From: a virus
Lineage: Duplodnaviria > Heunggongvirae > Uroviricota > Caudoviricetes
Virus record (IMG/VR): IMGVR_UViG_2565956624_000005
Span: 1 to 4,214 of that record
DNA length: 4,214 nt
Direction: 5' to 3' (one strand)
How positions within the stretch are numbered: the first letter of the stretch is position 1; every line of letters starts with the position of its first letter. Shown here piece after piece: positions 1 through 4,214 of the stretch. The position numbers were made by a program, and so were the translations under genes. The notes beneath the pieces were generated by a model, which saw only the letters and a program-made list of their open reading frames with translations, did not search any database and was not told the origin of the DNA.

Positions 1-82
1 TACAGAGCGTGGCGTTAAGTGGTCAGACGAAGCGCGACTGGCTCTGGAGTGGAAAGCAAGATGGGGAGACAGGGCTGCATGA
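1..82 (+). CDS. ninB: 3' end of upstream gene, probably NinB-like (partial; start lies upstream of the window)
   Basis: Frame starting at pos 2 is open to TGA 80-82 (…[22 protein letters not shown]). Its stop overlaps the NinC ATG (ATGA at 79-82). Identity rests on position directly upstream of ninC; not verified by search. Confidence 0.4.
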   Translation, partial: TERGVKWSDEARLALEWKARWGDRAA

Positions 83-924
83 TAAATGTCGTTAGTTTCT
101 CAGGTGGCAGGACGTCAGCATATTTACTCTGGCTAATGGAGCAAAAGCGACAGGCAGGTGAAGACGTGTATTACGTTTTCATGGATACAGGGGCAGAGCA
201 CCCTAAAACATATGAGTTCATCCGAAATATCGTCAGTAACTGGAAAATAGACTTACATTGCCTTCGTGTAATACCTAATCCAGAAATGGGGAAGGCCAGT
301 AGTTATGAAGAGATAGGTGTCAATGATATTGGTCCAGATCTTATACCGTGGAAAAGGATGTTGAATAAATACGGACATCCATATATCGGCGGTGCGTTCT
401 GTACCGACAGAATGAAGTCTGTTCCATTCACCAAATATTGTCAGGAAAAGTTTGGGAAAGGAAATTACATCACATGGCTTGGCATTCGCACAGATGAACC
501 AAACAGGCTTAAAAGGGCTAATGGTTTTCGGTACCTGGCTGATATAAGCGATTTTGAAAAACAGGATGTGCTTGATTGGTGGAGTGAGCAGAAGTTTGAT
601 CTTGGCATACAGGAGCATCTTGGTAATTGTGTTTTCTGCATAAAAAAAAGTATGCAAAAGGTGGCGCTGGCAGCCATGGATGAGCCAGAACTTGCAGATG
701 CATTTATCAACATCCTTGATACAGAAATAAAAACAGGAAAGGAACCGGTTATGTATCGAGGGAATAATACACTTAAATCACTGATTGCCTTGTTTAGTGA
801 TATATCAAGAGATGAGTTAGCCTCAAGAATGACATCAATGCGACAGTATGATTCAGGTTCGTGTTCTGAATCATGTGAAGCATTTTCATGTCAGCTTGGA
901 TTTAATTTTGAGGATGCGGCATGA
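79..924 (+). CDS. ninC: NinC-like protein, phosphoadenosine phosphosulfate (PAPS) reductase / PP-loop ATP-pyrophosphatase family
   Basis: ORF-track frame 19..924; preferred start is ATG 79 (GGAGA at 65-69, 9 nt upstream) rather than GTG 19. N-terminus [24 protein letters not shown] carries a PP-loop-like SGGxxS motif (codons ~100-117). Matches remembered lambda NinC closely. Cys codons at 628, 637, 862, 874, 889. Stop TGA 922-924 overlaps the next ATG. Confidence 0.85.
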   Translation: MINVVSFSGGRTSAYLLWLMEQKRQAGEDVYYVFMDTGAEHPKTYEFIRNIVSNWKIDLHCLRVIPNPEMGKASSYEEIGVNDIGPDLIPWKRMLNKYGHPYIGGAFCTDRMKSVPFTKYCQEKFGKGNYITWLGIRTDEPNRLKRANGFRYLADISDFEKQDVLDWWSEQKFDLGIQEHLGNCVFCIKKSMQKVALAAMDEPELADAFINILDTEIKTGKEPVMYRGNNTLKSLIALFSDISRDELASRMTSMRQYDSGSCSESCEAFSCQLGFNFEDAA

Positions 925-1097
925 GACGACAGCGACGAAGTATCACCGACATAATCTGCGAAAACTGCAAATACCTTCCAACGAAACGCTCCAGAAATAA
1001 ACGCAAGCCAATCCCAAAAGAATCTGACGTAAAAACCTTCAACTACACGGCTCACCTGTGGGATATCCGGTGGCTAAGACATCGTGCGAGGAAATGA
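921..1097 (+). CDS. ninE: NinE family protein (58 aa)
   Basis: Not in the ORF track (under 60 aa). Hand translation from ATG 921: [58 protein letters not shown], stop TGA 1095-1097. GAGGA at 910-914, 6 nt upstream. Very similar to remembered lambdoid NinE. ATGA overlap with ninC stop. Confidence 0.8.
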   Translation: MRRQRRSITDIICENCKYLPTKRSRNKRKPIPKESDVKTFNYTAHLWDIRWLRHRARK

Positions 1098-1099
1098 CA

Positions 1100-1501
1100 A
1101 TGCTTTTAATTCAACCTGGATTTGGCCTTAGCATCAAAAAAGGGCACATGTTTGGCGAGAAAGAGTCTCAACGAAAAATGGTGTCTATCCAGTTGCCATT
1201 TATCAGTATTTATTGGCTAAACAGGGAGGCAACAAATTATTGGTATACATGCGCCAGAGCGGCATTTAACGACCCTGACTGGTTTGTGAAAAATCACCAT
1301 GCAGTTCGTCAGGCAAAGAGAAAGGCCAATACGACATACATGAAGGCGTATCGAAAAGCATGGAAAGAACACCGCGATCGATACCAGCAAGACATGGAAA
1401 AGCTTGAATCAGAAAACATGGAATTAAGACGAAAGCTTGGTGAAGCAAAACGAGACATTGATGCTTACAAGCGACTTTTTAATGGTGAAAGCCATGCTTA
1501 G
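1100..1501 (+). CDS. Hypothetical protein, NinX-like by position (between ninE and ninF); function unknown
   Basis: ORF-track frame 1058..1501. Candidate starts are ATG 1094 (ATGA overlap with ninE stop) and ATG 1100 (GAGG at 1088-1091, 8 nt upstream); GTG 1058 is less likely. Aromatic-rich core (ISIYWLNREATNYWYTCARAAFNDPDWF) followed by a basic, coiled-coil-like C-terminus (KAYRKAWKEHRDRYQQDMEKLESENMELRRKLGEAKRDIDAYKRLF). NinX label is by synteny with P22/HK97-type nin regions only. Confidence 0.55.
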   Translation: MLLIQPGFGLSIKKGHMFGEKESQRKMVSIQLPFISIYWLNREATNYWYTCARAAFNDPDWFVKNHHAVRQAKRKANTTYMKAYRKAWKEHRDRYQQDMEKLESENMELRRKLGEAKRDIDAYKRLFNGESHA

Positions 1502-1670
1502 CCCATCCCAATCCCTTCAATACCAGAAAGAAAGCGTTGAGCGAGCTTTAACGTGCGCTAACTGCGGTCAGAAACTGCATGTGCTGGAAGTTCACGTGTG
1601 CTCCGATTGCTGCGCAGAACTGATGAGCGATCCGAATAGCTCAATGTACGAGGAAGAAGACGATGAATGA
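1494..1670 (+). CDS. ninF: NinF family protein (58 aa)
   Basis: ORF-track frame 1437..1670 begins with TTG; the ATG at 1494 gives MLSPSQSLQYQKESVERALTCANCGQKLHVLEVHVCSDCCAELMSDPNSSMYEEEDDE*, nearly identical to remembered lambda NinF. Overlaps the upstream gene by 8 nt. Stop TGA 1668-1670. Confidence 0.8.
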   Translation: MLSPSQSLQYQKESVERALTCANCGQKLHVLEVHVCSDCCAELMSDPNSSMYEEEDDE

Positions 1671-2385
1671 GTTAATAAATGGCAATGCCATCAAAATGAC
1701 AAGCATTGAAATCGCTGAGTTGGTTGGTAAGCGTCATGACAATGTGAAACGTACCATCGAAACGCTGGCTAAAAATGGTGTTATCCGGCTTCCTCAAATT
1801 GAGGTTTCCGAAAGAATCAATAACTTAGGGTTCAATGTTCAGTACGAGCATTACGTCTTCGAAGGCGAACAAGGTAAGCGCGACAGCATTGTTGTCGTTG
1901 CCCAGTTGTCGCCGGAATTCACGGCTCGCCTTGTTGACCGTTGGCGAGAGCTTGAAGAAGCTGCGGTTAATATCCCAAAAACGCTACCAGAAGCGTTGCG
2001 CCTTGCTGCTGACCTTGCTGAGCAGAAAATGCAACTGGAAAACCAGCTCGCAATTGCCGCACCTAAAGTTGAGTTTGCCGATCGCGTTGGCGAGGCCAGA
2101 GGAATTTTGATTGGAAACTTTGCAAAGGTTGTTGGAATTGGTCCAAACAAACTGTTTGCGTGGATGCGCGATCACAAAATCCTTATTGCTTCAGGTTCCC
2201 GGCGCAATGTGCCAATGCAGGAATATATGGATCGCGGCTATTTCACAGTGAAAGAAACAGCGGTCAACACAAATCACGGAATACAGATATCGTTCACCAC
2301 AAAAATCACCGGGCGTGGTCAACAGTGGCTGACCAGAAAGCTGCTCGATAACGGAATGCTGAAAGTAACAGGGGAGGCTGCTTAA
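1663..2385 (+). CDS. Phage regulatory protein, Rha-family N-terminus fused to KilA-C/antirepressor-type C-terminal domain (Roi-like)
   Basis: ORF 1663..2385 (240 aa). ATG 1663 with GAGGA at 1651-1655, 7 nt upstream; ATGAATGA overlap with ninF stop. N-terminus (MTSIEIAELVGKRHDNVKRTIETL) resembles the Rha family; the segment LPEALRLAADLAEQKMQLENQLAIAAPKVEFADRV resembles the KilA-C/Ant C-terminal domain. Sits where lambda has ninG. Confidence 0.8.
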   Translation: MNELINGNAIKMTSIEIAELVGKRHDNVKRTIETLAKNGVIRLPQIEVSERINNLGFNVQYEHYVFEGEQGKRDSIVVVAQLSPEFTARLVDRWRELEEAAVNIPKTLPEALRLAADLAEQKMQLENQLAIAAPKVEFADRVGEARGILIGNFAKVVGIGPNKLFAWMRDHKILIASGSRRNVPMQEYMDRGYFTVKETAVNTNHGIQISFTTKITGRGQQWLTRKLLDNGMLKVTGEAA

Positions 2386-2675
2386 TGGCTAACCTACGCA
2401 AAGAAGCACGCGGCAGAGAATGCCAGGTACGTATTTACGGCGTATGCAATGGCAATCCTGAAACTACAGTTCTGGCACATTACCGGATGGCTGGAATTTG
2501 CGGAACGGGAATGAAGCCTGACGACCTGATCGGCGCATGGGCTTGTAGTGACTGCCACGCGGAGATCGACCGACGCACCCGGATTCTCGACAACAAAGAC
2601 GCCAGACTTTACCACCTCGAAGGCGTGATCAGGACGCAGGCGATACTGCTGAAGGAGGGGAAGATTAAGTCATGA
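2385..2675 (+). CDS. ybcO: DUF1364 family protein, YbcO-like putative zinc-binding nuclease
   Basis: ORF 2385..2675 (96 aa) MANLRKEARGRECQVRIYGVCNGNPETTVLAH…CSDCHAEIDRR…, matching the remembered DLP12 YbcO. GGGGAGG at 2371-2377, 7 nt upstream. TAATG overlap with the upstream stop. Confidence 0.8.
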   Translation: MANLRKEARGRECQVRIYGVCNGNPETTVLAHYRMAGICGTGMKPDDLIGAWACSDCHAEIDRRTRILDNKDARLYHLEGVIRTQAILLKEGKIKS

Positions 2676-3034
2676 ACGAATATCAGTTTGTGCTTCCATA
2701 CCCGCCGTCGGTGAATACCTACTGGCGAAGACGGGGAAGCCAATATTACATAAGCGATAAAGGCCAGAAATACCGAAAAGACGTTCAGCAAATCATCCAC
2801 CAACTCAAGTTAGATATTTTCACCAAATCACGACTCCGCATCAAAGTCATCGCAGACGTTCCAGACTCCCGCCGCCGCGACCTCGATAACATCCTGAAAG
2901 GTTTACTCGATTCCCTTATCCACGCCGGATTTGCGGAAGACGACGAGCAATTCGATGACATTCGCGTAATTCGTGGTGTGAAAGTACCAGGCGGACGGCT
3001 TGGAATAAAAATCACCGAACTGGAGAACGCATGA
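2672..3034 (+). CDS. rusA: Crossover junction endodeoxyribonuclease RusA (Holliday junction resolvase)
   Basis: ORF 2672..3034 (120 aa). Hallmark RusA segments: LPYPPSVNTYW, DVPDSRRRDLDNILKGLLDSL, GGRLGIKITE; length typical of RusA. ATGA overlap with ybcO stop. Confidence 0.9.
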   Translation: MNEYQFVLPYPPSVNTYWRRRGSQYYISDKGQKYRKDVQQIIHQLKLDIFTKSRLRIKVIADVPDSRRRDLDNILKGLLDSLIHAGFAEDDEQFDDIRVIRGVKVPGGRLGIKITELENA

Positions 3035-3219
3035 ACGCCACAATTCAAACGATACCAGAGCTTCTTATCCAGACACGAGGCAATCAGACCGAAGTGGCGA
3101 GGATGCTTTCCTGTGCAAGAGGAACAGTGCTCAAGTACAACCGAGACAGCAAAGGCGAGCGTCATGTAATAGTTAACGGCGTCCTGATGGTCAAACAGGG
3201 AAAGAGGGGAAGACGATGA
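3031..3219 (+). CDS. ninH: NinH family protein (small putative DNA-binding protein)
   Basis: ORF 3031..3219 (62 aa). The core TIPELLIQTRGNQTEVARMLSCARGTVLKY…VIVNGVLMV resembles remembered lambda NinH. ATGA overlap at both ends. Confidence 0.8.
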   Translation: MNATIQTIPELLIQTRGNQTEVARMLSCARGTVLKYNRDSKGERHVIVNGVLMVKQGKRGRR

Positions 3220-3734
3220 GCATAAGAGAACTAAACCTCACCAAAGAACAGCACGATTGGCTGAATGGCTGGCTTGAACTGTGGGGCGCATGGGTTTATT
3301 CAGGCCGCCTGGAAAAGCGCATGAGCAGCGTAATAGCGAAATTCATGGAGAGCGTAGAGCCGGGAAGAGTTATGACAAGGCCAATGTGTAATGATGATGA
3401 TGGAATGTTGATTTCTCAGGTCGTCGATTCCGTCATGTGCATTGACAAGAAAGCCTTTGGCATCCTCCTCAGCTACTACGCTCATGGTTCATCTAAGCGA
3501 GCAATTGCATCCTACTATCACGCGACTGCAAAGCCACGCAAGATGTGTGGACGTGGTGGCGAGGGATGGAGAAAACCTTCACTGGCAACCTGTAGAAACG
3601 AAATTGACGACATCCTGAAAGCGTCATTATTTGTTTTATACCAGCCAATGCAAAATGCTTTCAAAATGCGTAAACGTGTTGAGAAAGTTAAGCATATTGC
3701 TGTTAAAAGCCTTGACATGCAATTAGCCATTTAG
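3216..3734 (+). CDS. Q: Late-gene antitermination protein Q (non-lambda type, Q21/Q82-like family)
   Basis: ORF 3216..3734 (172 aa). Last gene of the nin operon, immediately upstream of a candidate late promoter, tRNAs and holin. GAGGGG at 3204-3209, 6 nt upstream. No similarity to remembered lambda Q; family assignment is by position and general resemblance and needs an HMM search. Confidence 0.7.
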   Translation: MSIRELNLTKEQHDWLNGWLELWGAWVYSGRLEKRMSSVIAKFMESVEPGRVMTRPMCNDDDGMLISQVVDSVMCIDKKAFGILLSYYAHGSSKRAIASYYHATAKPRKMCGRGGEGWRKPSLATCRNEIDDILKASLFVLYQPMQNAFKMRKRVEKVKHIAVKSLDMQLAI

Positions 3735-3741
3735 CCATAAT
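3712..3741 (+). promoter_or_regulatory. Candidate sigma70 late promoter (pR'-like): -35 TTGACA, 18-nt spacer, -10 CATAAT
   Basis: TTGACA at 3712-3717 and CATAAT at 3736-3741. The -35 and spacer lie inside the last codons of Q; the position between Q and the lysis genes is the canonical pR' location. Confidence 0.45.
3723..3738 (+). repeat. Perfect tandem direct repeat TTAGCCAT x2 within the promoter spacer/-10 region; candidate Q-binding element
   Basis: TTAGCCAT at 3723-3730 and again at 3731-3738, followed by AATTAG. Read directly from the sequence; the functional assignment is inference. Confidence 0.3.
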
Positions 3742-3751
3742 TAGAAGGTAA

Positions 3752-3797
3752 GCTGCCGTTAGTGACTCTTAAGTTGCAACGGTGGCTTTTTTTATTT
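3752..3797 (+). terminator. Putative intrinsic terminator (tR'-like): imperfect hairpin followed by a T-run
   Basis: GCTGCCGTT (3752-3760) can pair with AACGGTGGC (3778-3786), 9 bp including two G.U pairs, 17-nt loop, then TTTTTTTATTT (3787-3797). The large loop lowers confidence. Confidence 0.45.
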
Positions 3798-3872
3798 GGG
3801 TCAGTCGTATAAAGGTCATTACGGAAGGCTGTTAACCTTCTTATCGTGGTTCGAGTCCACGCTGTCCCGCCA
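3798..3872 (+). tRNA. tRNA-Asn (anticodon GUU)
   Basis: Manual cloverleaf: acceptor GGGTCAG / CTGTCCC (one T.T mismatch), 3-bp D stem with GG-containing loop, anticodon stem GAAGG/CCTTC with loop CTGTTAA (U33, GUU, A37), 4-nt variable loop, T arm CGTGG-TTCGAGT-CCACG, discriminator G, encoded CCA. Anticodon loop and T loop match remembered E. coli tRNA-Asn. Confidence 0.6.
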
Positions 3873-3877
3873 AATAT

Positions 3878-3953
3878 GCTGGTTTAGCTCCAATGGTAGA
3901 GCAGTCGCCTTGTAAGCGAATGGGTAGCGGTTCAAGTCCGTTAACCAGCACCA
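3878..3953 (+). tRNA. tRNA-Thr (anticodon UGU)
   Basis: Manual cloverleaf: perfect acceptor GCTGGTT / AACCAGC, U8, D stem GCTC/GAGC with loop CAATGGTA, anticodon stem (4 bp plus G.A) with loop CTTGTAA (U33, UGU, A37), 5-nt variable loop, T arm AGCGG-TTCAAGT-CCGTT, discriminator A, encoded CCA. Confidence 0.7.
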
Positions 3954-4069
3954 TAACTGAGCCGTAGCCACTGACTATCCTGAACTCATCAGCGATAGTT
4001 ACGCTGCGGCCTTCTTTTCCCCTTCCCAATATAAGAACTACGCAATCCGTTACTGGCGGAGGCGTTGCT

Positions 4070-4214
4070 ATGAAATCAATGGACAAAATCTCAACTGGCA
4101 TTGCTTACGGAACATCCGCTGGTAGTGCGGGATACTGGTTTTTGCAGTGGTTGGATCAGGTCAGTCCGTCACAGTGGGCTGCGATTGGAGTGCTTGGAAG
4201 CCTTGTGTTGGGTT
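4070..4214 (+). CDS. S: Holin, phage 21 S-type pinholin (class II), dual-start motif; 3' end beyond window
   Basis: Not in the ORF track because no stop lies within the window. From ATG 4070: [48 protein letters not shown]…, matching the remembered S21 sequence. GGAGG at 4058-4062, 7 nt upstream. Second in-frame ATG at 4079. Confidence 0.85.
   Translation, partial: MKSMDKISTGIAYGTSAGSAGYWFLQWLDQVSPSQWAAIGVLGSLVLG

Noticed and set aside
19-78. GTG 19 as the start of ninC (20-aa N-terminal extension)
   Set aside because: ATG 79 has a good SD (GGAGA), gives the conserved [11 protein letters not shown]-terminus and forms an ATGA junction with the upstream gene. The extension would lie wholly inside the upstream gene.
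253-713. Minus-strand ORFs 253..657, 465..713 and 518..703
   Set aside because: They lie entirely antisense to the well-supported ninC gene, have no recognisable motifs and overlap one another. Read as frame shadows.
1058-1093. GTG 1058 as the start of the ninE-ninF intervening ORF
   Set aside because: It would overlap ninE by about 40 nt with no SD; ATG 1094 or 1100 fits the coupling pattern seen at every other junction.
1266-1448. Minus-strand ORF 1266..1448 (60 aa)
   Set aside because: Antisense to the ninE-ninF intervening ORF, short, no RBS or motif.
1835-2351. Plus-strand ORFs 1835..2110 and 2160..2351, and minus-strand ORFs 1851..2150 and 1984..2175
   Set aside because: All are embedded in or antisense to the Rha/KilA-C gene in other frames, with low-complexity translations.
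2394-3165. Minus-strand ORFs 2394..2615, 2609..2803 and 2785..3165
   Set aside because: Antisense to ybcO, rusA and ninH, whose + strand translations are strongly recognisable.
3300-3730. Minus-strand ORFs 3300..3485 and 3518..3730
   Set aside because: Antisense to Q, which is coupled to ninH on the + strand; no independent support.
3954-4069. A third intact tRNA gene after tRNA-Thr
   Set aside because: No GGTTCRANTCC-type T-arm and no 7-bp acceptor pairing with a CCA end could be built; at most a remnant.
3735-4069. Virulence or toxin cargo (for example stx) in the Q-to-holin interval
   Set aside because: The interval is only about 335 nt and is fully accounted for by promoter, terminator, two tRNAs and a spacer; no protein-coding ORF fits.
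3841-4101. Minus-strand ORF 3841..4101 (86 aa)
   Set aside because: Spans both tRNA genes and the holin RBS on the opposite strand; its open frame is an artefact of the structured RNA genes.
1-4214. CRISPR array, IS element or integrase, or a recognisable defence island (RM, TA, Abi)
   Set aside because: No repeat-spacer periodicity, no terminal inverted repeats or transposase-like ORF, and every sizeable ORF is assignable to a lambdoid nin or late function or is a small unassigned operon member.

Overview
This window reads as the right-hand early/late junction of a lambdoid prophage (phage 21 / 82 / DLP12-like, enterobacterial host), entirely on the + strand. It holds a gap-free, translationally coupled nin-type operon: NinB C-terminus (partial), NinC (PAPS-reductase-like), NinE, a NinX-like hypothetical, NinF, a Rha/KilA-C (Roi-like) antirepressor-type protein, a DUF1364 YbcO-like putative nuclease, RusA Holliday-junction resolvase, NinH and a Q antiterminator. 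Downstream are a candidate late promoter (pR'-like) overlapping the 3' end of Q, a hairpin plus T-run terminator, two tandem tRNA genes (tRNA-Asn GUU, tRNA-Thr UGU), and the 5' end of an S21-type pinholin with a dual-start motif that runs off the window. All protein identities come from reading the translations and from remembered family sequences and synteny; no database search was run. I found no CRISPR array, IS element, integrase, toxin-antitoxin or restriction-modification genes, and every minus-strand ORF in the track looks like a shadow of a + strand gene. Nothing here is a clearly novel system; the most worthwhile follow-ups are NinC, the NinX-like ORF, the tRNA pair and the promoter architecture.
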